From: Desulfatiglandales bacterium
GTDB lineage: Bacteria; Desulfobacterota; DSM-4660; Desulfatiglandales; Desulfatiglandaceae
DNA: 64,000 bases
Assembly (NCBI GenBank): GCA_963662465.1
Contig: OY759599.1
Span: 6,848,001-6,912,000 of the forward strand
Direction: 5' to 3'
Below the pieces are notes generated by a model. It was not told where the DNA came from and searched no databases. It saw nothing but the letters and a program-made list of their open reading frames with translations. This document shows positions 39,524 to 49,571 of this stretch, one piece after another. The position numbers and the translations under genes are program-made. The number at the start of each line of letters is the position of its first letter. Positions within the stretch are counted from its first letter, which is position 1.

Positions 39524-41269
39524 TTACGCCACCACCATCAAAATGTCTTCGATGTCGATTGTTTCCCCTTCACTGGTCATGATCTCTTTTACCTCTCCGC
39601 TGTGGGGCGAATTAAAGAGTCTCTTCATTTTCATTGATTCGATCACGACAAGCAAATCGCCTTCCTCTATTTTGTCGCCCACCTTCACTTCGATGGACAG
39701 TATCATTCCCGGCATTTCGGAGATCACCGCGCCGGCAGGCAACGCTTTAGATGCATTGGCGTTATTGGGCGCTTCCGCCGCTTCTATTGCTTTGCCTTTT
39801 CCATCCCCCTTCATCACAGGTGTAACCTTCACGTTGAACACTTCGCCATCAACATCCACACTGTATTCCGCCGGAAATTCGGATGGTGGATTGTAAGGCG
39901 CCGACGTTTTCAGGTCAGGGGGGGAGGCTTTCACGGGCGCTCCCGGCTTAACCGCTTTTCCGGGGATCAGAATCTTTAGCAATAGTTCGTCATCGGAAAG
40001 TTCCGGACCATTTTCTGCGCGTAGCGCCTCGATGGATTTATCGTATCCGTCAGACTCCCAATCAAGAAATTCCTTTCTCCTGGGTAAATTCATTATTTTG
40101 TCCAAAATATTTTGGTCCATGGGCGCAATCAGTTCACCGTAATACCCAAGAGAGTACTTGATAACCTCATCCGTAATCCTTCCATACCGCTTTCCGGAGA
40201 TAACATTCTCCATGGCCTGGACGCCTACGATCTGAGAGAAGGGTGTTCCCATCACCGGATATCCAAGCTCCTTGCGGACCCGTACGATTTCCTCCAGAAT
40301 TTCGTCCAAACGGTCTTCCATTTTTACTTCCCTTAGCTGCCGCGTAAAATTGGTCATCATTCCGCCCGGCACCTGATGTTCAAAATGAAAAAGATCGTAT
40401 TCCGCCGGTACACCCATGGGCAGCCCCTCATTTTCCGCTATTTTTCTGAAATGCCGCGATACCGTTGCGAGTGCATCCTCATCAAGATCCGATGTGAAGC
40501 CCAGACGACGTACATTTTTTAAAACCGTTTCCGCTGAAGGCAAGGAGGTTCCATTGGCGAGAGGCGAGATGGCGGTATGTAATGTTGTGACGCCGAGTTT
40601 AACAGCCTCCAGATAACACAGGGGTGCAAGCCCGGAATTACAATGGGCGTGGAATTCAATGGGGATTCCGTCGCAATTCTTTTGAATCGCGGAAATCAAT
40701 CTACAGGTGGCCTCCGGCGTCAGAAGCCCGCCTCCATCCTCGATCATGATGGCATCCACATAATCTTTAGTTTCTGCAATGAGTCCCGCTTTTCGCCCCC
40801 AATATTCATCGGTGTGAGCCGGACTTAAACTATAGCCTACTGTTGTGATAACGCTGGCGCCTTCGGCTTTGGCGATGCGGGCGAAATAGACGAATCGCTC
40901 CATATTGTCCTGCCAATCGCAAACCCAGAAAGACTTGATTCCGTTGGCAATGGATCGTTTTATCCAAAGCGTAATGATATCTCGGGGCGTACTGAGGTCA
41001 AAAGTTGAGAGACTGCCCGTTTGATAGGATCCTCGAAGAGGTGTTTTTCTAAGCAAACGGGAAAGGACTTTGATTCTTTCCCACGGATCCTCATTGAGAT
41101 TTCGAACAAGTACGGTAAATGCCTGAGAACCGACCGTGGCAATGGCTTTGTATCCGACCTGGTCCATGACCTCTGCAATAGGGGTCACCATGTCCGTCCT
41201 CATCATATAGCCCCAAAGGCTTTGTTGAGCATCGCGCAAAGTTTGATCTACAAAGTTAATCTTGTCCAT
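39524..41269 (-). CDS. Carboxyltransferase plus biotin-carrier subunit (PycB/OadA-like, divergent), copy 1
   Basis: [38 protein letters not shown] biotinylation site. Confidence 0.9.
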   Translation of the reverse strand: MDKINFVDQTLRDAQQSLWGYMMRTDMVTPIAEVMDQVGYKAIATVGSQAFTVLVRNLNEDPWERIKVLSRLLRKTPLRGSYQTGSLSTFDLSTPRDIITLWIKRSIANGIKSFWVCDWQDNMERFVYFARIAKAEGASVITTVGYSLSPAHTDEYWGRKAGLIAETKDYVDAIMIEDGGGLLTPEATCRLISAIQKNCDGIPIEFHAHCNSGLAPLCYLEAVKLGVTTLHTAISPLANGTSLPSAETVLKNVRRLGFTSDLDEDALATVSRHFRKIAENEGLPMGVPAEYDLFHFEHQVPGGMMTNFTRQLREVKMEDRLDEILEEIVRVRKELGYPVMGTPFSQIVGVQAMENVISGKRYGRITDEVIKYSLGYYGELIAPMDQNILDKIMNLPRRKEFLDWESDGYDKSIEALRAENGPELSDDELLLKILIPGKAVKPGAPVKASPPDLKTSAPYNPPSEFPAEYSVDVDGEVFNVKVTPVMKGDGKGKAIEAAEAPNNANASKALPAGAVISEMPGMILSIEVKVGDKIEEGDLLVVIESMKMKRLFNSPHSGEVKEIMTSEGETIDIEDILMVVA

Positions 41270-41408
41270 TTCCGTATGGAACCCCTTTCTCTATATCTCT
41301 GCCGCCCGGTTTATATTTGTCGTATTTCTCTTTTTTCATGTTCTTCAGAGATGGTTTTACAAAACTGACAATTCAATCGATTTCTTAATGTGTGTTATTG
41401 TTGAACAC

Positions 41409-41437
41409 AACATAATGTAAGCGCGTTATATTGTCAA
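41409..41437 (-). promoter_or_regulatory. Sigma70-type promoter of the carboxylase operon, copy 1
   Basis: TTGACA-17 nt-TATGTT. Confidence 0.65.
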
Positions 41438-41544
41438 GCAAAATAATTCGACATGCAACAAATTTTTGAAAAAAATATATAAGTTGCTAATTTGACAAGT
41501 TGTTTTATTTAAGCCGATCGCTCAAATGAAATTTAAGAGTAGTA

Positions 41545-41690
41545 ATGACTGGGGAGAAGTGCGTCCGGGTAACCGACGATGCCTTGCAGCTACACGGGGG
41601 GACGGGTTTATCAGCGAATGTTATATTGAGCGTTTCTACCGGGACGCAAAAATTGTGGAGATCTATGAGGCCAGAAAGGAAATGGAGAAT
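41545..41690 (+). pseudogene. Acyl-CoA dehydrogenase C-terminal remnant, frameshifted
   Basis: VRVTDDALQLHGGTG in one frame continues as FISECYIERFYRDAKIVEIYE in another (ACAD signature Q.HGG.G...ER.YRDAK...IYEG). Confidence 0.75.
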
Positions 41691-41729
41691 TGTTTTTATT
41701 GTACTATCACCCGATTGTTTTAACACCCT

Positions 41730-42905
41730 TTAATAGTCTGCCAATCCGGAAACGGACGGCAGGAGCTTCCGGTCTTCTGAGATTGATGGCGCGTCGCCTG
41801 TGGTGACTCTGGCACTTCTGCCCCTCTCTCTTCGTGCATCGAAGACCATGGCTGACAGTTCCGAAATGCGTTCCCGCATTCGGTCCGCCTGACCGCAAAT
41901 CGATTCCGTGGCCGCTGCGGCCTCCTCGGCTGTCGCGGCGTTTTGTTGAACCACCTTGTCCATTTCCGCCATTGCGGTATTGAGCTGGCCAACGCCCTGG
42001 GCCTGTTCCGAAGAGGCCGAAGCGATTTCATTGACCAATTCGCCGGCCTTTCCGGAATTGCTGACCACCTGGGCGAAGATCTCTGAGGTCCAATTCACCG
42101 TTTTCGTCCCTTTTTCCACCTTGCGAACCGTCCCATCGATCAACTCTGCCGTGTTTCTCGCCGCCTCGGCTGCGCGCATGGCAAGGTTGCGCACTTCGTC
42201 AGCCACTACGGCGAAGCCTGCGCCTGCCTCGCCGGCCCGGGCCGCCTCAACGGCGGCATTGAGGGCCAACAGGTTGGTTTGGAAGGCGATCTCATCAATG
42301 GTTTTAACGATCTTCTGGGTTTCCTCGCTGGCCCCGGAAATCTCTCCCATGGAAGTATTCAACGCCGCCATGGCACTCTGGGCTTCCTTCACGGCATCAT
42401 TGGTCTCTTTCATCAGCGAGTCTGCCTGACCGGCATTTTCTGAGTTTTTCTGGGTCATGGCAGCCATCTCTTCCAGAGAAGAGGAGGTTTCTTCAATAGA
42501 TGCCGCCTGCTCCGCTGCACCCGTGGCCAAGGTGTTACTGGCCGAGGAGATCTGCTCGGAAGCGTCAACCACTTCGTCGGCGCCTTCACTGATCCCTCTT
42601 ACGGTCCGCTGAATGGGTTGTGCGATTCCTCGGGCCACAATAATGAGATTTACCGTCATGAGTGCCAGACCGCCCAGAGGAAGGATCCCTTTGGTAATCA
42701 GGTCGCAGACGCCCCTTTCTTCGAATTTTCCGGCCAGAGCGCCGAGAAAGCAGAAAACCATGATGCCCGGGCCTAAACGCTGCCACAGGCGAACCACCAT
42801 GGTTTTGCCGTAGATTAGGTACAGCACTCCCCAGAGCAGAAAATAGATGATTGCTAGGACTCCCAGGCCGGAGACAAATATTTCCGTCATTGATGTATTG
42901 GACAT
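41730..42905 (-). CDS. Methyl-accepting chemotaxis protein with a short membrane-embedded N-terminus
   Basis: [37 protein letters not shown]; about 3 N-terminal hydrophobic segments. Confidence 0.93.
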   Translation of the reverse strand: MSNTSMTEIFVSGLGVLAIIYFLLWGVLYLIYGKTMVVRLWQRLGPGIMVFCFLGALAGKFEERGVCDLITKGILPLGGLALMTVNLIIVARGIAQPIQRTVRGISEGADEVVDASEQISSASNTLATGAAEQAASIEETSSSLEEMAAMTQKNSENAGQADSLMKETNDAVKEAQSAMAALNTSMGEISGASEETQKIVKTIDEIAFQTNLLALNAAVEAARAGEAGAGFAVVADEVRNLAMRAAEAARNTAELIDGTVRKVEKGTKTVNWTSEIFAQVVSNSGKAGELVNEIASASSEQAQGVGQLNTAMAEMDKVVQQNAATAEEAAAATESICGQADRMRERISELSAMVFDARRERGRSARVTTGDAPSISEDRKLLPSVSGLADY

Positions 42906-43180
42906 GGAATACTCCTTAGCATATCAAAATTATTCTGAGCCAACTAAAATATGCGAAGCAGCAACGGCTCGGAGCTGGCGGAAATCTGGTAAGATTTAAG
43001 CACGGGCTCACCAATAATCATTTCCTTGAATCTTGCCAATTTGATTTCATATTCACCGGTTTTTTCATAGGCGGCAACATCCTCTTTCGTATCCCAGGCA
43101 GTAACTGCAATCCCCTCTCCCTCAGCATCCATGGATTCCAAGAGATGGACAAAGCGAAGGCCTTTTCGATCTTTATGTGC

Positions 43181-45788
43181 CAGAGTTCCTGGTAAATGAC
43201 CTTTACGCAACTTAACTGTTTGAAATCGTTATACTGGAGCTTCTCATAATTTCGTGTGCATTTCAGATTTTAGTGCAGCGTAACTAGCTGAAAATATTAG
43301 GTGGGGCAAAATATTTTTTTTATTGACAAATGAAAACTGAAAAATTATCTTCAGACCATGATTGTCAAAACAGAAAAAATTAGCGACCTATCCATATGGA
43401 CCGAGCGGGATTGGAAGGAAAAAATCACTGTTACGGTTTATCATGAGTATCGTCCTGTCGTCAGTTTCGATCCTGGGAAGATAAATGATAGGAGACTCGC
43501 TGCCGTACAACTTGTCGAGCTTGGTTATTGTAAAAACCGGGTTGCCGGTAAAATCTGTGGGTTTCACCGCAATACGGTTGGCAAACTGCTTCGCACCAAA
43601 AGACTTTTAGGTGTTGAGGCCATATTTGAGGACAACCGTGGTCCCAAGGCTCCCTGGAAATATATTGGCAGCATTCGCAAAACCATCAAAAAACTTATCC
43701 GCGAGAATCCTGACTGGACTGACCAGCAGATTGCAAATGCCGCGGAAAAGCAAACTGAAACGACTATTTCGAGAAGTGCTGTAGCTCGTATCAGAACCGC
43801 GGACCAAGATGCAGAAACTGAAAAGCCTACAAAGCATGACTTGGAGCAACTGGCTAAAATTGCGGATAGTATTGATTTGAAGCAACACGACGAGCGACAG
43901 CTTTCTTTCAACTTTGAGGCTGATTCTGAGTTCAAAAAGAAGGTAGATGAATTTGCTGATGAGGATACACCCAAGCCACAAACCGATACAGATAAAGTAT
44001 TCCTGGATTATCTTCAACAGGGACAACGCAATGTCTTTGCCGGCATGCTTCTTCACCATCTGTTTTTAGATCATATCAACTTCCCAAATGCCTTTGATTT
44101 GCCTTCTTATTCCAATAATATGTATGATAATTATGAAGTGATGGAAACTGTCCTTTTCGGGTTGAACATCGGGTTGCCATCTATCGAATCCCATAAGCTG
44201 GTCAACAGTAGGGACATGGGGCTTTTGCTGGGACGAACCAGTTCCCCCGATGAGACCACTATTCGGTTGCGTTTAAAACAGATGGCCGAGTTCAAGCCCT
44301 CAGAGAGCCTGATAGATTATTTCGCAAACCTGTTTCTATCGTTGGGGTTCATCAACCCAGAGGTGTTTTTTATCGATGGGCACTTCCTTCCCTATTATGG
44401 ACTGAAAGTTCTATCCAAAGGCTACCATACCGTGAGACGAATTGTCATGAAAGGAAACGAGATTTATGTTGTCAGCGACCTTGACGGGAAGCCTTTCTTT
44501 TCAATTACCGAAGGGTGTGATATCGATTTCAGGCCGATCATCATAAGAGCGGCCGACAAGATAATCAGCCTGGGTGTCGACCGCCCCATTGTGGTTTTTG
44601 ATCGCGGTGGTTATGGTGTTCACTTTTTCAGTCAATTATCGAAAAGGGCTGACTTTATTACGTGGGCCAGGTATGTGAAAAAAGATGAATTGAAAGACTT
44701 GGAATATACGAGCTGCTTGATGTTTAATGGGAAAAGATATCTCATTGCCGAGAAAACAAAACTGATTCGTGAATCGATTTCTACAGCTGCCAAAGAAGGC
44801 CGAACAGAGGCAACTTCGACAGAAGTACGTATGGTTGTTTTCAAGGAATTGGACAAGGATAGACCTGTGGCAATATATACCAGCAATCATCAAAAGCCTG
44901 CTCCTGATATTGCCGCATATATGCTTTCACGATGGGGAGAGTCTGAAAACTTTTTCAAAGAGATGATGTCCCTGTACAACTTCAATTATCATCCCGGTTA
45001 TGATCTTAAAGAACTTGAAGAACAGCCTCTTGTAGATAATCCTGAGGTAAAAACAATCAAAAAAACGATCAAGGGAATTAAACAAAAGATGGGGCAATTG
45101 GCGCTTGCAAAACAACAAACAGAGTCCAAAATAGAAGCACGAAAAGATCTTCGTCTTAAAAAAAAGCTAAACACGCTCCAGGAAGAGATAGAGAAATACG
45201 ACAAAGAGCTTGACGGTTTTCAGGCAGCCTTAAAAGAAATGCCTGACAAAGTATCGATAATTGAAGTGCTGAAAGGCAGACCAATGAACAAGGCAGATCT
45301 GGAGAAAAAGAAGCTCTACGACCTGATACAAATGATTGCCTTTCACTCACGCGAGCATCTGGTTGGCCTGTTCCGTTCATGTTATGATGATCCGCGGGAT
45401 GTGAAACAGATCCTGACAAAGGTCACAAAACTCCCTGGTTATGTGAAATTAGTCGGGAAAACACTTGTTGTGCTTTTAGATTGGATAGAGGACAAAAAGC
45501 ATCGGAAGGCAGCAACAAGATTTTGCCATCTGATAAACACTATGTCGCCCAAATTGAGAGGTCGCATGGAGTTCGACCTTTATTTTCGCATCTCCTCAAT
45601 CCCTCAAGTGGGTTATTGCTGTTAAAGCCTTGCTCATCGTTTCAGCCATCCTACGCAGGGTATCGTGTTTCGACCACATGTAGGGGCGAAAAATCTTTCG
45701 CCCTAATGGCCGAAACAATGATCAAGGCCGCTGTTGAACTAAATGCACAATTTGAATTGAGAAAAAACGTCATTTACTATGATGTCTG
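43181..45788 (+). mobile_element. Insertion sequence, 2608 bp, with imperfect 20-bp terminal IRs and a 6-bp target duplication
   Basis: IRL CAGAGTTCCTGGTAAATGAC; IRR (reverse complement) CAGACATCATAGTAAATGAC, 16/20 match; ATGTGC at 43175-43180 and 45789-45794. Confidence 0.92.
43358..45625 (+). CDS. DDE transposase (755 aa, N-terminal HTH, coiled-coil insertion)
   Basis: FFIDGH, VVFDRGG, RWGESENFFK; sole long ORF inside the IRs; AT-richer than the flanks. Confidence 0.88.
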   Translation: MIVKTEKISDLSIWTERDWKEKITVTVYHEYRPVVSFDPGKINDRRLAAVQLVELGYCKNRVAGKICGFHRNTVGKLLRTKRLLGVEAIFEDNRGPKAPWKYIGSIRKTIKKLIRENPDWTDQQIANAAEKQTETTISRSAVARIRTADQDAETEKPTKHDLEQLAKIADSIDLKQHDERQLSFNFEADSEFKKKVDEFADEDTPKPQTDTDKVFLDYLQQGQRNVFAGMLLHHLFLDHINFPNAFDLPSYSNNMYDNYEVMETVLFGLNIGLPSIESHKLVNSRDMGLLLGRTSSPDETTIRLRLKQMAEFKPSESLIDYFANLFLSLGFINPEVFFIDGHFLPYYGLKVLSKGYHTVRRIVMKGNEIYVVSDLDGKPFFSITEGCDIDFRPIIIRAADKIISLGVDRPIVVFDRGGYGVHFFSQLSKRADFITWARYVKKDELKDLEYTSCLMFNGKRYLIAEKTKLIRESISTAAKEGRTEATSTEVRMVVFKELDKDRPVAIYTSNHQKPAPDIAAYMLSRWGESENFFKEMMSLYNFNYHPGYDLKELEEQPLVDNPEVKTIKKTIKGIKQKMGQLALAKQQTESKIEARKDLRLKKKLNTLQEEIEKYDKELDGFQAALKEMPDKVSIIEVLKGRPMNKADLEKKKLYDLIQMIAFHSREHLVGLFRSCYDDPRDVKQILTKVTKLPGYVKLVGKTLVVLLDWIEDKKHRKAATRFCHLINTMSPKLRGRMEFDLYFRISSIPQVGYCC

Positions 45789-46015
45789 ATGTGCAGGGAT
45801 AATTTCATCGTTATAGAGCTTTCGTGCGGCCTCTTTTTTCCCCGGCTTAAGATTGACAAATGTCATACGTATATACATGGGTCACCTCACATTTTTTCAG
45901 TGTTCATCCGAAGATATCATACCATTACCCGTGGATAGCGCCTGACCATGTTAAGTGACTGGTGGCGCCTAAACCATTTTGACAGTCCTTTAAAATGACG
46001 GCGAATCCTGTGGAG

Positions 46016-46540
46016 TCAATGTCCCCTGTCGGATTTATATTGTGTCCTGATTACATCCCTGAACTCAATCCAGAATTCCCTGTTTTCTTCCTTCCATTCA
46101 GGCCCGAATCTCAGGTCGAAATATCCGGCAAGCTCGTCAAAAAGTATTTTCCACGGCTCCTTTCCTTGTTCATGGGCTTCCAGCAGATTCCCCAGAATGC
46201 GTTTCATACGGGCCATGTGCTCTTTGGGCAAGAACCCGATGGCGCCTTTCCGGACGGAATGCATAAACGAGTCCACATTCATGGCAAAAGCCGTAAACAT
46301 CACCGTTGGGATGCCTTTCTTGACCGTTTTTTCCAAGAGCTCGAGTCCGTTGACACCCATGATATCCAAAACCGCCATGTCATAGGTATTTTCAGCGATC
46401 TTTTGCTCCGCCGTTTCGAAACTGATGGCGCCATCCACAAGCGCTTCATCCAGCAACTCTTTGACGGCTTCAAGAACATCCGCTTCATCATCGACCAGGA
46501 GAATTCGTTTTTCCTTGAGAATGGATTTGGGTTGTGACAC
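46016..46540 (-). CDS. Response regulator receiver protein, copy 2 (diverged)
   Basis: Same receiver motifs as 21026-21544, with many substitutions. Confidence 0.88.
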   Translation of the reverse strand: MSQPKSILKEKRILLVDDEADVLEAVKELLDEALVDGAISFETAEQKIAENTYDMAVLDIMGVNGLELLEKTVKKGIPTVMFTAFAMNVDSFMHSVRKGAIGFLPKEHMARMKRILGNLLEAHEQGKEPWKILFDELAGYFDLRFGPEWKEENREFWIEFRDVIRTQYKSDRGH

Positions 46541-46646
46541 GGCTTGATCTCCTTCTAGAATTTGAAATTTGATTATTTAGTTGTTTTTTCGCTGAATTAT
46601 TCGGAGGATTGGAATTGATCCGTGCGCCGGATTATCCGCTGTGGCG

Positions 46647-48008
46647 TTATGCTTGTTGATCTATTTCAATTAGTTTCGCCTTCTTCGATGGATCTTTCTC
46701 CAGGCTGTTGGGCGGTACGAGCTGAATCTTCGTTCGAACGCGCAATCGGGTCGATATTTCATCCTCCATCTCTTTTTTCAACCGACCCATTTCGCTTTCC
46801 GCAAGACCCTGAGCATATTCCACCTTCATTTGCAGAGGAGGCGTCACTTTGGGCGGCGGTCCGTCCAAAACAATGCGCATTTCCCCCGTTACCTTGGGCA
46901 AGAATCCGTCCACCACCCCTTTTATCCCTGCCGGAAATACGTTTACCCCCTTGACGATGAGCAGGTCATCCACCCGGCCCTTATATTTCATTCGCATGCC
47001 GGGCATACCGCAACTGCAGGGTTCGGTGATCAGTTCGATGATGTCCCCCAATCCGTATCGGAAAGACGGACCCGCCTGCCATTCCAATGCGGTGTGCACC
47101 ATTTCACCGATACCGCCGCCGTTGGACAAATCGATGGGTTCTTTTGTATCCGGGTCCACAATGTCCAGAAAGTGGTAATCTTCACAAACCAGATGCATGC
47201 CCTGGTATGTTTCGCTGTCGCAGGAAACGGCGCCGAATCCCCAGATACCGCCGGTACTATCGAAAATTTTCGCGTTGAACCCTTCCGTGAGTTGTTTGCG
47301 GGTTTCCGGAATTCCGGCTCCCGGTTCGCCTACTGCCATAATGATGTCAATACCGAGGTCACTGGCGGAAATCCCCGCGACTTCAGGGGCCTTGCGAATG
47401 ATGTATTCGGCAAAGGAAGGGATGCAAAACATGCCCCTGGCCTGGATGAGCTTGGCAAAATCCAGCACCCGCGCGACACCGGATTCCGCACCCACTGGTA
47501 TGCCAGCTATTCCCATGTATTCGTAGGCCCGCATGGGGACTATCCCCGCGAGCCACATGCTCAGCCCGGTTATGTGAAGCATGTAGTCCCCGGGCCGAAG
47601 CCCCGCTCGCCAGTAAGTGCGGGAGAGCACTTCACTCTGAATCTGTATGTCCCGGGCGGTAAAGGCTTCAAAAACAGGTACTCCCGTGGTGCCCGAGGTG
47701 GAATGAATGGCCCGGACATCTTTGGGGGAAGCGCACAGATATTCGCCAAACGTGTGCCCGTGTTTTTTACGCGAGATTTCCTGGCTTTCCCGATCACTTT
47801 TTTTGTCCATGAAGAGCGGCAGTTTCCTGAAATCCTCAATGGATTTGATGTCGCCGGGATGGGCGCCGCAACGGTCGAATCGTTCCTTGAAATAGCTGGA
47901 ATTGTCGTAAATATAATGCATCTGCTTTGTTAGTTTTTTCCATTGAAGGTCCCGCAGCTGTTCGCGGGGCATATGTTCCGCTGCCATATTCCAACAATCT
48001 CTTTCCAT
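46647..48008 (-). CDS. Phenylacetate-CoA ligase family protein, copy 2
   Basis: Near-identical to 21652-23007. Confidence 0.88.
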   Translation of the reverse strand: MERDCWNMAAEHMPREQLRDLQWKKLTKQMHYIYDNSSYFKERFDRCGAHPGDIKSIEDFRKLPLFMDKKSDRESQEISRKKHGHTFGEYLCASPKDVRAIHSTSGTTGVPVFEAFTARDIQIQSEVLSRTYWRAGLRPGDYMLHITGLSMWLAGIVPMRAYEYMGIAGIPVGAESGVARVLDFAKLIQARGMFCIPSFAEYIIRKAPEVAGISASDLGIDIIMAVGEPGAGIPETRKQLTEGFNAKIFDSTGGIWGFGAVSCDSETYQGMHLVCEDYHFLDIVDPDTKEPIDLSNGGGIGEMVHTALEWQAGPSFRYGLGDIIELITEPCSCGMPGMRMKYKGRVDDLLIVKGVNVFPAGIKGVVDGFLPKVTGEMRIVLDGPPPKVTPPLQMKVEYAQGLAESEMGRLKKEMEDEISTRLRVRTKIQLVPPNSLEKDPSKKAKLIEIDQQA

Positions 48009-48047
48009 TACTCTCGACTCCTTATTTTTGCTTATTTGAAACGCACT

Positions 48048-49289
48048 TCATTCGGTCTTTTCGAAAATGTGGACGGCCATGGAGGCCTCTTCAACCCCGA
48101 CAAACCCACCGCCGTTTTCAGTCATTCCCATCCTGGCGCCCTCGACCTGCTTTTTCCCGGCTTCCCCCCGCAACTGCATCACGATCTCCGCAATTTGCCC
48201 AATGCCGGTGGCCCCGAGGGGGTGGCCCTTAGAGACCAGCCCGCCGCTCGGGTTTACCGGCATGGCGCCGCCGAGTGTGGTAACACCGGACCTGGCCGCT
48301 GCCACGGCATCGCCCCAGGGGCAAAATCCAAGACCTTCATACAAGATGATTTCTCCCATGGAGGTCGCATCATGAAGTTCCAGCACATCAATATCTTTGG
48401 GCCCCACACCCGCCATGGCGTAGGCCTTTTTACCCAAACGGGCTGATATGTGGTCCGGCCCGAATCCTTCAGGGCGATCCGTTCCAGAGCCTAGAATCGA
48501 TGCGAGAATTTTGACCTTCCGGGAATTTGGATGTTTTTTGAGAAAGGCCGAAGAGCAAAGAATCGCGGCGGCGCCGCCGTCGCCGATGGGTGAGCACATG
48601 GGCGCGGTCAGAGGAAAGACAACCGGGCGGGCTGCAATAATTTCTTCGACGGTCATGGGTTTACGGTACTGCGCCAGGGGGTTATGCACGCTGTGATTAT
48701 GATTTTTCGAGGCAACAACAGCCAGATCTTCCTGGGTCGTTCCGAAGGACTCCATGTGCAATCGGCAATGACTGGCGTACATGTCCATGGCGAAACTACG
48801 CTGATTGTCCAGGTCGGTGCCTCCCTTCCGCAGTGCTTCTTCCGCCCAGCGGGTTCGAAGTTCTTCCAGGATTTCCATGTCCATGCCCGCATCGTAGTTC
48901 CTGAACATCTTTTCCGTGTCTTCCAGGAACAGCTTTTCCGCACCCACCGCCATGGATACATCGGCGTGACCGCCTGCAATGGATTGCCAAGCCAGATGAA
49001 AGGCGGTTGAACCGGTGGCACAGGCATTTTCACAGTTGACAATGGGAATCCCATCGATTCCGGCGGCCCGGAGAGCGATCTGCCCCCGCACCATTTCCTG
49101 CCCGGTAACCAGACCTTGCATGGAATTGCCGAAAAATGCATTTTCCAGATCGCTTTTGAGGACGCCGGCATCTGAAATTGCGGCGGATATGGCTTCACCG
49201 GCCAGGGATTTGACATTCCGTTCCACAAATTTGCCGAACGGGGTATGACCAATACCGATTATGTATACATCTTGCATTAGTGTCTCCAA
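48048..49289 (-). CDS. Thiolase family protein (SCP2-type), copy 2
   Basis: Near-identical to 23047-24288. Confidence 0.9.
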   Translation of the reverse strand: METLMQDVYIIGIGHTPFGKFVERNVKSLAGEAISAAISDAGVLKSDLENAFFGNSMQGLVTGQEMVRGQIALRAAGIDGIPIVNCENACATGSTAFHLAWQSIAGGHADVSMAVGAEKLFLEDTEKMFRNYDAGMDMEILEELRTRWAEEALRKGGTDLDNQRSFAMDMYASHCRLHMESFGTTQEDLAVVASKNHNHSVHNPLAQYRKPMTVEEIIAARPVVFPLTAPMCSPIGDGGAAAILCSSAFLKKHPNSRKVKILASILGSGTDRPEGFGPDHISARLGKKAYAMAGVGPKDIDVLELHDATSMGEIILYEGLGFCPWGDAVAAARSGVTTLGGAMPVNPSGGLVSKGHPLGATGIGQIAEIVMQLRGEAGKKQVEGARMGMTENGGGFVGVEEASMAVHIFEKTE

Positions 49290-49323
49290 TTCTTCACGGA
49301 ATAAGGGTCGACCGGCTCGGTTA

Positions 49324-49527
49324 TCATTTCGCCAAGACAGGCGGTCGGCCCAAACGGGTTAAAATTTCCGGCATGGCAGCCGCCAGACGCTCTTTGATCT
49401 GATCCATCACCTGATCAGTGACCGACCAGTGATCGCATTCCAGCATGCAGAATTTCGCAGGCGGCATCAGTCCCGGCGGTTCATCGGCCACGATATCCTC
49501 GAATTGAAAAGGAAATGAGAGCTCCGC
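49324..49527 (-). pseudogene. 3' remnant of LMW-phosphatase-like gene A
   Basis: Matches 24323-24526. About 403 bp, including the start codon and P-loop, is missing (offset changes from 25001 to 24598). Confidence 0.9.
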
Positions 49528-49571
49528 GTTATCTCCGTACCGCTTTATGTGCGCATCAGCGTTGCGTATGC

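Larger units (their letters stand above)
20621..41270. repeat. Large direct repeat, copy 1 (catabolic cluster)
   Basis: Gene-by-gene near-identity with 42943-63737 (offsets 25001, 24598, 24612, 22467). Confidence 0.97.
42944..45878 (-). pseudogene. ABM-like gene, copy 2, interrupted by an IS
   Basis: 5' part 45795-45878 and 3' part 42944-43180 rejoin into a homolog of 20622-20942 when 43181-45794 is removed. Confidence 0.9.

Noticed and set aside
25994..41269. Reading the cluster as a standard methylmalonyl-CoA/propionate or pyruvate-carboxylase/PEP-synthase module
   Set aside because: No epimerase or propionyl-CoA carboxyltransferase is present, specificity motifs are altered in both mutase and carboxyltransferase, and the PEP-synthase-like pair lacks the pyruvate-binding domain.
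42944..43210. 88-aa ORF as an independent gene
   Set aside because: It is the 3' half of the IS-split ABM gene with a fortuitous start inside the IS end.
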